Assembly: GCF_006345805.1 (NCBI RefSeq)
Contig: NC_043013.1
Location: forward strand, 16,058,001 to 16,122,000
DNA from: Octopus sinensis
Taxonomy: Eukaryota
Direction: 5' to 3'
Length of the DNA: 64,000 nt
Shown: one piece after another, positions 1 to 13,747 of the stretch
Layout: every line of letters begins with the position of its first letter
Position numbering within the stretch: position 1 is the stretch's first letter
The notes under the pieces: generated by a model
What the model was told of the DNA's origin: nothing
The model's database searches: none
Seen by the model: the letters and a program-made list of their open reading frames with translations, nothing else
Program-made: the position numbers and the translations under genes

Positions 1-179
1 GGGGAGGAGACTAGTAAATTACATTGACGCACCAGTGTTTCACTGGTACTTAATTTATCAACCACGAAAGGATGAAGGCAAAGTTGTCCTGGGCAGAATT
101 TGAACTCAAAATGCAAAGATGGATGAAATACCGCTAAGCATGTTGTCTAGCATGCTAATGAGTCTGCCACCTTGTCACC

Positions 180-226
<47 letters not shown>

Positions 227-2895
227 TATTATCATTACTATAATTATTTCTATATTATTATATTTTAAAAGGATTGCTGTGACTCCTCATAAAGGTAAAT
301 ATACAATACAACGAGTGTAATGCGATTGCAATAGATATCTTATTAGTTTGAACAATATTTCGAAAGCTTGCCCATCTTTGTCGAGTTCAAAATGAAAAGT
401 GATACATAGAAATTCAAAATTATAGAGATTTCCATTTGGTGTATGCAGCATAAGGCACCAAACACAACTTGATTTATGTTGGCTATACAGAACAATTAAA
501 CAATTAAACAAAAGATCCAGTGGGCACAGATATGACACTGGGCACAATAACAGTAGTTCGATAGAACTTGCCAAACATTTTACCTTCAAATGGCTGCAAT
601 TTTGAAAAAGACTTGAAAGTGCATATTCTCAGAAAATATTCTGAATCTGCTACACTTTCAGTACTCAAAAGGCATGAGGAGAAATATGTTTGTGAGTTAT
701 TAACACTGAGATCGATGTTACCAACTAGTCCCCCACCAAAAATATTTCAGGCCTTGTGCCTTTAGTACAAAGGATTATTATTATTATTATTATTATTATT
801 ATTTGTTTTGTAGTCTAAGCATAATGGAATTGTGCAGCTTTATGGGTTTTTGTGAATAAGATTGTTAGTTTTGTCCTAACAAGGACTTAATGCTTTCAAT
901 TGTTGTAGAACATTTTCTTATAGATTTGCCTGAGAGCAGGACAGAATGGTAATTTCCTGGTTTCCATCGCCTTAAGGAGTAAAACATTGTTTAAAGTTCT
1001 TGTATTCATCTTGCTTATAAAAAATTTTTTTTAAATTAAGTGCCACCAGCATTATGGGACAAGGGAGGATACTCTTCACCAAAAAAGTCCCACCACATTT
1101 AACCATATAATAACCACCGTTACTGTCATCCTTGATAACAATGACAACGACAACAGAGGTGACCGCTAGACCAGCTAGTAGCAGGAGCAATACCTCCACC
1201 ATCATAAACAACAGTGTACTCAAGGCCATCTTGTTTACGAAAATCCACCATGAATTAGACCTTTTTGTTCTCTGAATCCACATAGTCATGGACAGAACAA
1301 TTGTCAGTAAATAAAGAAATTTTCAAGACCCAGGCATTATCTAACCTGATATGCTTGTTTTGCTAGAGGTGGATATAAAAGAGAAAAAGAAATTCTTTAC
1401 AAATTTAATTAGCAAAAACCAAAACACATCAATAAGTTTTCTCCAATACAAGTGAAAATGTCTGAAAAATGTATGGGGTGCTATGTGAAAGATGAAAAAA
1501 AAAAAAAAGAGAGAAAATATAGGTTGGCATAGGTTTTGTGTCCCATTGAAGGCTTATATCTATATTATCCTCCTTTGAAGGGTGTGTTCTGGTATCCTAC
1601 ATAGAGTAATGAGACAGATGTTACAATAAATTATGTGCTACCTCACAGATGTAATTTTTTTAGTAATGGGGCTTCAAGGAGCATGGCTAAGTCATTGAGT
1701 CCAAGATGATCTCCTGTCAGAACTGATTTAAAGTCCAGAGAGAAATATGGAAATTACTCGCACTTATAAACCCCTTGAAGATATTTGATCAATTTATTTC
1801 AAGAGGGAGAATCAAGTCAGAATTGTGGTGAGGGTAGGAGGACTATGTTGTGCTGATTCTGTTGCACAGACGTGTGAATTCAGACCCACAGTACTGAAGA
1901 TGGGCAAAAGATGGGGAAACCCTCAGCCCCCATTTGTTGTCAAAACCACAGCCACTAAAACATCACAAATGACAATAACTGTGGTAATATCCCAACTAAA
2001 TGCAACAGCAGACGGAGTCAGCTACACTAGCACAACCACTGACCAAAGAGTGGTCAGTGGCACAGAAGTGCCACCACTAGCCCAAATGACACAACAGTGA
2101 CATACTGATGTCCTTCTCCTCTGTCTCTTCATCAATCAATGAAGAAGAGAAAAAGAGATTGAGGTATGAATATGCGGTGAAGTGAAGAGGAAAAACAAGA
2201 CCAGTGATGACCTAACATCACTAACCTAGCCCCAACTCTATACTTTTATTGACATCTTTAAAGTTACACCCCTTTATCAAAATCATTAAGTAACCCCTTA
2301 TCAACATCTGTAGAGTTTCACTCTCTTTTCAGTATCTCTAAGTACTATTTGGAGAGGAAATTAAAGACAAAGAGGGAGAGAGGAGTACTATGATTGAGTG
2401 AATTTTCTGGAAGTTGAGTGAGAGTGGTGAGTATGACTCAGATGAATGGAGCTGCTTTCAGCATGATTCTGGGGATTGAACACCACAGCTGGGGAGGTGG
2501 GAGAGCACTGACCCTTTGTAGTAAGCGTAAACCCTGTGAGGTTTTCTGATAAGTCCCAGGTAGCTATCTACTCTTATTCCAATGTGTTATTTGTACCGTT
2601 CTCAGTATTTCCCAGGCCTGTAACCTCAATTCCCAGGTTCTGTGAAACACCCAGGTTTATATAAGTCGTTCATGTGTCATTCCCTCAACCTTCAGTCTTG
2701 TGATGAATAAAGAATTATTGTTGTTGTTGTTTAAATTTTTGTTTGGTAAGAGTTTTGCATAACAAGTAAAAACTCGTTGCTGGTTTTATAGTTCTGAAGG
2801 AGTTGATGGTATGTTGTTGTTGTTAACGTTGTTGTTGTTGTTTAGTGCACTTATCTGTGAGTGTAGTGGCAGTGGTGAGAGTTGTGGTGGTTGGT

Positions 2896-2931
<36 letters not shown>

Positions 2932-3459
2932 GGAGTCAGTCAGGCAGAGAGGGAGGAGAGAAGAAAGAGATATAAGGAGTGAGAGTGGAAGATGGTGGAT
3001 GGAAGAGGCTGGAAAGACAGAGACAGATTACACACACACACTCACACACACACACACACACACACCACACACACACACACACAGAAAGAGGGGGAGAAAG
3101 AGTTGGGGGGGGCACAAAACATTTGGAAATATTTCATTATATTGTTTGAGTGTTCGATATATATAATTTTATATTAAAAAAAGTTAATTATACATACATA
3201 CATACATATATATATATACATACAAAAACTGGCATATATATATATACATACAAAAACACATACTCAAACACATACATGCATTACATAAATATGCATGTTT
3301 TATATGTATATATGCATATTACATATGTCTATTTAACTACATGATATAATGTTGATATATGTTATACAACATATATATAAATATTATGTATATACATATA
3401 TAATATGTGTGTATTTATGAATGCATGTGTGTGTCTGTGTATGAATATATATATATCAA

Positions 3460-4028
3460 TTAGATGTCCATATTTTCAGATAGCAATTTCGAAGTTGGTA
3501 ACGAGCCATCATGCATGTCCAGTTCTTCTGACATAATGTCATTCTCCAAATTCTTTATGTTACGATAAAAACTCCTTTTCACAAAACCCCCATCATTCCA
3601 AGAACTAACCGGCGATGATTTATTCCTGTTGCTCCTGATAACCATACAGACCGTTATGAGGATTAAAATACATCCTCCAACAGCAGACAGACTGATGATC
3701 AATGTCTGACTGCTTTTGCCTTTCAAGAACGGTGAGGATAGAACCGAATGCTGAGATCCGTTAGCTTTTACGTGTGTTCCTACTGCTATTGGTGGTGTTG
3801 TTGCTTTTGGCGTGGTTGTTGCAAGTTGATCCATCACATTTTTTATGATTTTCTTCTGGAGTTCTTTACTGACATTGTTTTTCGTATGTTCCCCTTTCAC
3901 AATCCAAATGCTGTCCAAATCTTTACCATCTTGTACTTGTTCCCAGAACAAGTGAGTACAGTTGTACACCGTAAACCTTCCATAGCTGTCCAACGAGAAT
4001 CCACTTTGGCGGAATGCTGTCCAATTAC
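3460..4028 (-). CDS. ACP7: ACP7-like exon 9 (terminal): PAP C-terminal domain, T/P-rich stalk, TM helix, cytosolic tail
   Basis: Acceptor tttttaattgcag, 569 nt to TAA. Reads (G)NWTAFRQSGFSLDSYGRFTVYNCTHLFWEQV...DSIWIVK (W.AFR..YG...V.N.THL..EQV), then TTTPKATTPP, hydrophobic LIISLSAVGGCILILITVCMVI (3637-3702) and a 58-aa tail. Confidence 0.93.
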
Positions 4029-4334
4029 CTGCAATTAAAAAGAATAGAATGATTTAAAAAAACAAAACAAAAATAACCAAAAAAAAAACTTAGGACACTG
4101 ACTTGGCTGTTTGGTAAGAAGCTGGCTTCCCAACCCCATAGCTCCAGGTTCAGTCCCAATATGTGGCACCTTGGGCAAGTGTCTTTTACGTTTTTAGCCT
4201 TGAGCCAACTAAAAGCCTATTGAGTGAATTTAGTAGGCAGAAACTGAAAGAAGCTTGATGTGTATATACATTACATATTATATATATATATATATATATA
4301 TATAAACAAATTCAAAATGCGATAAAATAAAATT

Positions 4335-4371
<37 letters not shown>

Positions 4372-4375
4372 AATA

Positions 4376-5095
4376 CAGGGTACAGTGAATAAACTGTCAT
4401 CTAAATTACGCAAAAAGGAAAATAACACTGACATCTCATTTTAACAGATATGTTTATCAAAATTACATGAAAATATCTTGAAATACTAAAGAGTAAATTT
4501 ATTCAATAAAATCGCTTTGGCTTCAACCATGACCTCCAGATGACATCAGAATCTCCTGTAACTCTTCTGAACAGTTTCCTTGTTTAAGTTGGTGAATGCT
4601 GCCATAATCCTTGCCTTCAGTTGATCGTTGGTATTACAAGGAGTTTTGTTGGTCAGTCACTCGGATGCACCCCACATATAATAATTAAGTGGGGTTGCAG
4701 TCTGGAGAGTTTGGTGGCCAGATGTTAGGGGTGCTGTGGTTCCAGAAATTGTCTGATGGTCATGACAGGATTCTCTTGCTTGTGTAGCATGGTGCAGAAG
4801 TCCTGATGCCAGACATAGGGTCTTCCAACAGACACCCTCTTGACCCAGGGCAGCACTACCTCCTCCAGGTACTTGATGCAGGCCTCCATGTTGAGTCCGA
4901 GGCTGCGTGGTAAGATGTTTGGAGGCATAATGATGCCATCACTAGTGATCACTCCAAACACTATGATGCTGTTTTTCTCATAGATGGAGCCCAACTGACC
5001 CTACTATAATGTATCGTCAACAAACTCAAAAACAAACAATGTGCATGCATGAAATTAAAAATATAAAACGGCAATAATTTACTCATTGCACCCTG
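4376..5095 (-). mobile_element. Internally deleted Tc1/mariner element, DD37D (maT) type
   Basis: TA-flanked imperfect TIRs CAGGGTACAGTGAATAAACT / CAGGGTGCAATGAGTAAATT. Frameshifted remnant VWHQD...WPPNSPDCNPL(N)YY with 37 residues between the catalytic positions. Inserted in the microsatellite of a SINE (head ~4100-4260, tail ~5105-5325). Confidence 0.85.
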
Positions 5096-5741
5096 TATAT
5101 TATGTGTGTGTATCTTTGTGTCTATGTTTGTCTCACCATCACCCCTTGACAACTGGTGTTGGTTTGTTCACATTACTGTAACTTAGCAGTTTGGCAAAAG
5201 AGACTGACAGAATAAGTACTAGGCTTAAAAAATAAGTACTGGAGCCAATTCATTTGACTAAACAAAATTCAAGGTGGTGCTACAGCATGGTCACATTTAA
5301 ATGACTGAAACAAGCAAAAGAAAAAAAAAGAAAATAAAGATAGACGTGGATGTCTAGCTAAGAAGCTCACTTTGCTACTATGTGATTTCAGGTTCAGTCC
5401 CACAGTGCAGCACCTTGCCTTGACATCACATGATAATTGTTAACAAGTTTCACTGCCATGAAAGTGCATCCTTCATTTCCATGGGGAAATACTACCTTAT
5501 TTGGAAGCAGGTAAAGGTTAGCGTACAGCCATAGAGAATCCACCTCAACAAAATCCCGTCCAACACATGTGAGCATAGTAAAATAGATGTTGAACAATTA
5601 TGTGTACTCGGTCTCTACCAGCACTATCCTACTGGTAACAATATTTGTTATTCATGCACATACCTTCTTTTAGTAGCAGACTGTTATGCAGTGAATGTCT
5701 TGGTAGTTACTATGGTGACAACACTTTACCTATCTGTCTAT

Positions 5742-5776
<35 letters not shown>

Positions 5777-6390
5777 TCTCTCTCTCTCTCTGAATTTCGC
5801 AACAACAACTTGTCATTATAATGAAAGTCTTTTTAAAACTCTGTGTTGCATTGTCTCTATGTCAAAAGGCATAGAGAAACACAGACACATTAGCTACTAT
5901 GGTGACAACACTACCTATCAATCTATCTTTCACACACACTCTATCTTACTGTATTTCTCTCTTGACAACAACTTCTTTTCTTCTCCTTCTAAATATATTT
6001 TGTGACAGGGGTTGTCTCCCCATTGATTCCTCTCCTTCTTCTCCTCCTTCATATATATCTTGTAATGGACAGACAGAGGGAGATGGTCTTCCCTTTTATA
6101 ATATAAGATGTGTGTGACTTCTTGTCTTAATATTGTACTATAGTTATCAACATTCATTACTGTCACACAAGTAGTATCATTTGCTTGGAATCTTCCAATA
6201 AAAACCAAGCCTGACCATTATCTTACTGGTGTTCAAAGATGCAGGAAAAAGTATTACCTTACTTTGGAAACAGGTGAAAATTGATGTCTGGAAGGCCATC
6301 TGGCCGTAGAAAATATGTTTCAAAAGATTTTGTTTGATCCATGCAGACATGGCAAAGTGGACATTAAAACTGATGATAATGATGAGGATG

Positions 6391-6785
6391 ATCATCATCA
6401 TCGTTTAACGTCCGCTTTCCATGCTAGCATGGGTTGGACGATTTTGACTTAGGGCTGGTGAACCAGATGGCTGCACCAGGCTCCAATCTTGATTTGGCAG
6501 AGTTTCTACAGCTGGATGCCCTTCCTAACGCCAACCACTCCGAGAGTGTAGCGGGTGCTTTTTATGTGCCACCAGCACGGGGGCCAGTCAGGTGGTACTG
6601 GCAACAACTTCGCCCGAATCCTTTTACACATACCACCAACACAGGTGCTAGTGAGGTGACTTTGGTAACGATCACGTTCGAATGGTGCCCTTTTACGTGC
6701 CACCGGCACGGTGCCAGTTGGCTGCTTTGGCAACGATCACACTCGGATGGTGCTCTTGGCACCCTACTAGCACGGGCACAAGTGC
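6391..6785 (-). mobile_element. RTE-3'-UTR-related repeat (family C) with (GAT)n tail
   Basis: Shares CTGGATGCCCTTCCTAACGCCAACCAC and TTTCCATGCTAGCATGGGTTGGA with the RTE 3' UTR at 51801-52100. Other copies ~34270-34425, 39550-39680, 41290-41865, 54280-54420. Confidence 0.75.
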
Positions 6786-7410
6786 AATGATGACAACAAT
6801 AATTGCCATTTCCATGATTGAAGATTTGGTCAATCATTTCCAGGAATTTATCAGGTAAGTATGAGGAATTGGAGTGTAATAACAGTGTGAAATAACAAAC
6901 ATATATAAATAAATATAACTCATTCTTTCCCTCATGTATTTTACCATTCCTTCATTTTAGATTAACAGTAGAACAATTGTTAACTGGAACAATAACAGAA
7001 CAGAATATAAAAAAGATATTTCAAGCAAGCTGTTCCAACTATCCATACTGACCAAAAGATAGTTTAATATAGAAGAGAGAAGCAAATGTAAAAGAGAGAC
7101 AAAATACTTTGGTAAGCAGAAGAATGAAGCCCATAGCCTTCTGGGATAACAGAGTAAAAGGATTTAAAAGGAATTAAAAGATTTAAAATTGGAAAAAGAA
7201 AATAATACCATTTCAAATTTGAAAATAAAAACCCAAAAATAAGAAACAAAATAAGAAATATTAAAATAAAACAAAACAGAAATGTTAAAACCAAGCCAAA
7301 CAAGGATATCTGTCTATCAGTCTGTCTATCTATCTATACACAGACTGACATGCATGCAAGTGTAAATACATATATGTGTGCATACATATGTGTGAGTGTG
7401 TATGTGAGTG

Positions 7411-7475
<65 letters not shown>

Positions 7476-7737
7476 ATATATACATGAAATATGTATATAT
7501 ATATATATTATATATATATATATATATACATATTTAATGTATATATACATACATATTTAATATATATACATATCTATTATATATATATATATATATATAT
7601 ATAAACATATATATATACATACATATTTTATACATATATATATATACATACATACAAACATATATATATACATACATATTTTATACATATATATATATAC
7701 ATACATACATACATATATATACATACATATTTTATAC

Positions 7738-7779
<42 letters not shown>

Positions 7780-7816
7780 TTAATATATACATAATACATA
7801 TTTAATATATGCATAT

Positions 7817-7852
<36 letters not shown>

Positions 7853-7923
7853 CATACATATTTAATATATATAATATATTTAATATATATGTATATATAT
7901 ATATATATTTAAATATATACATA

Positions 7924-8371
7924 TGAGCAAAACGCCCCTGGTCCAATGGACGGTGCTGAGTTGTCAAACATTTAAACCAAATTTTCTCAAAACAACTTGT
8001 CCGATCATCCCATAGGCCTCCCCTTTGAGAAATACTGATTTAACCAAAATTTGAGACACCAGCAGAAGAAGAAATAAAGATAGAATTTTTCTATTCCAAA
8101 GAAAAACGATTTTATTCACACAAATATGCAACCGCAGAGTTTAAATACCAGTAAGCACATCGCAACAGCTGATGTACTTGCAAGTACAAATGCACGTTCC
8201 CGCGTCTTTATCGATCACTTTCTGACCTGGAATCGATTTTTGTAATTTTTTCAAGATTTATACATGCCCTGATACCGTCGGTATCTACATATCAAATTTG
8301 AGCGCAATCGGATGGAGGATGCCCGAGATCCTAGAAGACACACACACACAGAGCGGATTTTATATAATAGA
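7924..8371 (-). mobile_element. Non-autonomous Helitron-like element (second copy at 63818-64000, cut by the window end)
   Basis: Minus-strand 5' TCTATTATATAAAATCCGCTCTGTGTG. 3' hairpin CGTCC-ATT-GGAC(G). Closely similar copy at 63818+. Both are in TA tracts. Confidence 0.6.
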
Positions 8372-8433
8372 TATTTAATAATATATATAAATAAATAAAT
8401 GGAGTTAAACGCTGGTGTTATTCAAATTCTTTT

Positions 8434-8522
8434 ACTTCTGACACATGTTTCGAAGATATCACTGGTATTATTCCAAAGGTATAAAATGGTGTAAAACAAT
8501 GTAAGCTTCTCTTCAGGGAAAT
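8434..8522 (-). ncRNA. Type I hammerhead ribozyme motif, canonical core, GUC site
   Basis: Minus strand: ATTTCC-CTGAAGA-GAAG..50 nt..CTTC-GAAAC-ATGT-GTC-AGAAGT. Stem I has one C.A mismatch next to the core. Palindromic ACATGT in helix III. Confidence 0.7.
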
Positions 8523-9047
8523 GAAGAAATGAAACTCGTAAATAAGACATTTTAACAGAAAATGATGGATATGTATAGTGATTAACTGAACACTATTAAA
8601 TTTGTTTAAAAAAAACGTTAGCTGATATAACGTGAAAGGTAGCGTATAGAAAGAGGAGGGGTAAAAAAAAACCAAATAAATGAGAAGTATATAACTATAT
8701 GTATATTAAATAAAACCATATAGACTTGGAAAAAGATATATCTAGTGAGTGTGAAATGTAAGAAGAAAATATATGTTTAAATTATATATAATGATAGATA
8801 TCTCTTATATGAACTAATGCTGTGTTTTTGCCAATGTTTACATTGGTATGCATGCTCTATAACCATGTTTACAAGGAGATTTTTAGAAAAAAGAATAAAA
8901 AGTAAACCAGAATTACAGAGAAGACATAATTCCTTGCCTTTGTCATAAGGTATCGATATTGAGAGAATCAACCAATGTAAATTAAATTGTTTATTGTGGT
9001 CTTTTAAGATAAGTACATTTATTCTATTATTTTTTTATTATCTATTT

Positions 9048-9168
9048 TAGACCTGATGAGTGACTATATTTTTAAATAGAATTAATTTTAGATTGATTTA
9101 ATTTTAAATCAAATTGATTTTTTTATTATTATCTATATGAAAATATAGCCATGAAACGCACATAGCCC
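9048..9168 (+). ncRNA. Decayed hammerhead-like motif with long AT-rich helix II
   Basis: CTGATGA (9053-59), GTGACTATATTTT...AAAATATAGCCAT helix, then GAAAC (9153). Stems I and III are degenerate. Confidence 0.45.
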
Positions 9169-11477
9169 TTTTTACTACTATTTACTATTTATTGTACCTT
9201 ATTGATTTTTAGAATAAGGTTTTTTAGTATATGTTTTCTATATGGTGTGAATAGTATCTTTCATTATTGAATTGTTTAATAGGGTTTTTTCTCTAAATTA
9301 TATATAATATATATATATTATATATATATATGTGGGTGTATGTATGGGTGTGTGCATGTGTGGGTGTATGTATATGTGTGTTTGTGTGAGTGTGTGTGTT
9401 TGCTGTTTGTGAAAAAATCAAAATTAAGAAAGAGTTATCAAAAATGGTCAAAAAAATAATGCTGGGAAACACAAAAGTTAAAAAAACTTGCCCGTGCTAT
9501 TGACATTTTCATCAAATGTGGAATTATTATCAACTGAAATAATAAAATGAAAGAAAAAAGAAATAGAGAGAGAAATATTAATTTTATGAAGATGCAAGAA
9601 ATACTGTGAATATTAGAGAAATTTGGTCTTTTTATCAGCTGAGCTTGTGGAAATATTGGGAGACGCTATACAAAACTATGTCTCTCTGTCTGTTCCTAGC
9701 TCCTTATTTATGGCTGTGTGGTTAAGAAGCTTGCTTCGTAACTATATGGTTTTGGGTTCAGTCCCACTCAGTGGAACCTTTGACAGGTGTCAACCAAAGC
9801 GTTGTGAGTGAATTTGGTAGATGGAAACTGTATAGAAGCTAGTTGTGTGTGTGAGTAAGTGTGTGTGAGTGTGTGTGAGTGTGTGTGTGTGTGTGTGTGA
9901 GTAAGTGTGTGTGAGTAAGTGTGTGTGTGTGTGTGTGTGAGTAAGTGAGTGAGTGTGTGTCCTGCTGCCATAACTTGATAATTGGTGTTGGTTTCTTTAT
10001 GCTGCTGTAACTTAGCAGTTTGGCAAATGGGATAAAATATGTACCCTGAACTGTAAAGCCCTCCCATTGGTAGGTCAGCAGAGGTGGCCAAATCATTGCT
10101 CTTCATCTCCCCCTGGCCCCCATCTTAACTCCTCGTTCTTACTCTAAAGCCAACAAGAAGCTCTTTCAGCTGCCCCTCCCATCCTGCACACAGCCTCCCT
10201 TGTGTTTCATGCAACCCACTTCTTGGAAATGGTTGCTCATGCCTGATTTAGACTCTGTTTAAAGAAGTCAAGGGCTAGATGGCAGTGTTAAATAGGGTGA
10301 TAGCCTCCCACCACAATAATATACCCCTTAAAGGTGTCTAATGATAAAGTAATGGTAATAAACTGGGTGACAGATAAATTCGAATACTGCAGTATATCAC
10401 AGAAAGATTCCCAAGGACCTGGTAGAAAGAGATACAGATGATGTCTGTTATTCAATAAATAGGGATACAACTGAAGAATGACAAAGAAGAAAAGCAATCA
10501 CAGATGATGGATATGTGGAAATAGGAATCGTTATAAAATAGAATGTCAGATGTATTTCTGATCATGTAGTGGTAAGCCCATAACCAAAATGAATGAAGAA
10601 GAAGTTAACAAAAAATATTATTAGAATTAATGATACTTGATAGTTAATTAATTATATAAAATTAATTATAAATCAAAAAGATAATTAAAATTATTTTTGA
10701 AAATTATAAAAAACTAAAGATACAATGAAATTAAATAAGAATTCTAGAAATCCCCAGACCCAAGAATTTAAGAGAAAAAAGAAAGGTTTTTAGATGGTGA
10801 TGATGATATTGATGTGAAGTAGAAGAAACTCAAAGATGAAAGGTAAAATGGTGTGTAAAAATTTCAGAACTTAAAACAGATAAAAAGAAAAAATTTTTTA
10901 AAACCCATTCCAGAGTAATGTGAATATTATCAATAACTTGCCAGTATGGTTGTAGAGTAATTCTTGGTTAGTTACATTAACTGAAAAACAACAAAAATAC
11001 CAACATATATGTGTGTGTAGAAAGAGAAAGAAACATGGTTATTCTTGTGAAATTTATGTGATATCAAAATGTTTTCACCTGGGTACACCTATTAATTATC
11101 ATTTCCATCTCAAGAGTGCTTAACATACTTTGTGACATATCCTCAGGTATACCAAGACTGGTGAGGTAAGAAAAGGAGGAAATTATTCTAAGAATGGAGA
11201 CCAGCCAGGAATGCTCGCAACATTCTCACCAGTAATAGGAAACCTGCAACCCACAGCATTTCCTGAATGGCAGGCCTAAAGTAAAACTGCTCTGAAGTTT
11301 ATATTAGTGTGGCCCACCAGCTGATGATTCATGTCTCACGTGGCCCACTTCTTGACAACAGTTGCTCATTCCTGATTTAGACTCTGTTTAAAGAACTCAA
11401 GGACTGGTGTTAAACAGGGTGATAGTCTACCACAATAGTGTACCCCTTAAAAGTACCTAAAGATAAATATATGGTAA

Positions 11478-11882
11478 CTAGCACTATGACCCGGCATTGC
11501 TGGGTCATAGTGCTAGTGCATGCATATACAGATGCGTGCATGTGCACATACACGTGAGTACTGTCCAAGTCTCCGACCAATCTCATACAGCTAGCTGGCA
11601 TTCAATTGGCATATCAAGTTTCGGGCACTTTAATTGGGTTTTGGATAGAAAATTCACAAAAAAGTCACTTCTCTTGATTTTTTAATGACTTTGCGGGGTG
11701 ACTGGGGAAATGTAAAGATGTGCACAACCACCCTTGGACGGTTTTGAATGACCATAGAAAGTGTGAGCCCTCTAACTGTAAAATTGTGGATTTGTATAAA
11801 GAACACACACGCACACACACACACACACACACCACACACACACACAGACAGACAGACATTTTGCCGTTTATATATATAGAAA
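11478..11882 (-). mobile_element. Non-autonomous Helitron-like element with palindromic 3' end
   Basis: Minus-strand 5' TTTCTATATATATAAACGGCAAAATGTCTGTCTG, 3' ...GCCGGGTCATAGTGCTAG|T. A|T target. Interrupts one copy of a local duplication. Confidence 0.75.
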
Positions 11883-12581
11883 TTAAGTGGATGACACATA
11901 AATTATAATACCATATTATACAAATAATACTGTATTATAATGTACCAAATGAAATTTCACAAGATCAGAATAGAGAAGGTGAAAGATGATGTCCATTAAT
12001 AAATAGAGACATAAGTGAAGAATGAAAAAGAAAAACATGATCACAGATGATAGATATGTGAAAATAGGGAATTCTTATAAAAGAAAATGTCAGACATATT
12101 TCTGATCATGCAGAGGTGATCATATATGCATAATGAAAATATTAGAAAATATTATAACAGAAAATATTATTAGAATTAATGATACTGATAGTTAATTAAT
12201 TACATTAAATTAATTATAAATTAAGTTAATTAAAACCTTTTATAAATTAAAAATTAAAGACACAATGAATTGAAATAAAAGTTGTAGAAATTCCAACACC
12301 CGAGACAAAAGAAGAAAAGAATTTTAGAGAAAAAGAAAAGAGGTTGATTTAAATGGTGGTGATGACATGGAGGAGAATTTGTAATAGAAAAAAAAAAAAA
12401 CAAACATGAAAGGTAAAATGGTGTGGAAAAATTTCCAAATTGGAAATAATGATAATAATAAAAGAAAAAAAGCTTTCCAGAGTAATGTGAGGTAATGTGA
12501 TTGTTATCAGTAACTTGCCAGTATTGTTCTGGTGAAATTCTTCATGTGTGGCATTAACTGAAAAACAACAAAAATACCAAC

Positions 12582-12618
<37 letters not shown>

Positions 12619-12663
12619 CATATGCATATACATATATATACACACACACACATATATATGTAT

Positions 12664-12699
<36 letters not shown>

Positions 12700-12845
12700 G
12701 CATATATATATATATACGCATATATATATATATGTATGTATATATATATATATATATATATACACGCATATACATATATATATGTATGTATGTATGTATG
12801 TGTGTATATATATATATATACGCATATACATATATATATATGTAT

Positions 12846-12885
<40 letters not shown>

Positions 12886-13695
12886 GGTTATTAATGAGGG
12901 ATTATCAATTTGGGCAAAATACTTTATAAGTTCTCTGTTAATACAAATACACCAGGCTAACAACAAATATTTTTTTAATTACTAAAGAACTCTGCGTATT
13001 CTGGTGGCAGGATCCAAGGTTGTAGTTCATCCCCATCGTATATTGTAAATCCATGGTTGTTTTCCGAGTTAAACAGGTCTTTTACACAGAATGATATACA
13101 AGACAAGGTATGAATAATGATCATTGTATATCTCCTTATTGGTGCAACAATAAAGGAATATGAAAAGACCATTATCTATATTTTCCCTTGTGAATAACCC
13201 CTATGGGATGCACCTAAAAGGTTTCCCTCCGAGGCACAAGTCTTGGCAAGGTTGTTTATGGAAGACTAGCAGTCACCCATGCATATCAGCTTCCCCTCTC
13301 CATGCCACTGATGTTATCTAAGGGAAAGGCCAATACAACTTGGCACTGGTGACGTCACAACTCATTTCTACAGCTGAGTGAACAGGAGCAAGGGTGAAAA
13401 GTGTCTTGCTCCAGAACACAACACACTGCCTAATACTCTAACCACTGAGCCAAGTGCCAGGGACAGAGAGATAAACACAGTTACCTAACTTCATTTGTTC
13501 ACTTTAGTCCATACTCTATATTTTGTATTCCATGTAATATACGCATTAAACCTACTTGTGTTTATCTACCTTATTGTGTTCAATAATAGCTTGACAAGGA
13601 TCGTTCCTATAGCTATCTTTTAATGTTGAGGGCATTACCCCCACTTGAAGGAGAGTAAGTTCCCATCCATCTAAGTTCAACTCTGTGATATCTAT

Positions 13696-13747
<52 letters not shown>

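Noticed and set aside
972-2100. ORFs 972-1289(-) and 1825-2100(+)
   Set aside because: No recognisable domain or consistent splice structure. Likely 3' flank or ancient repeat.
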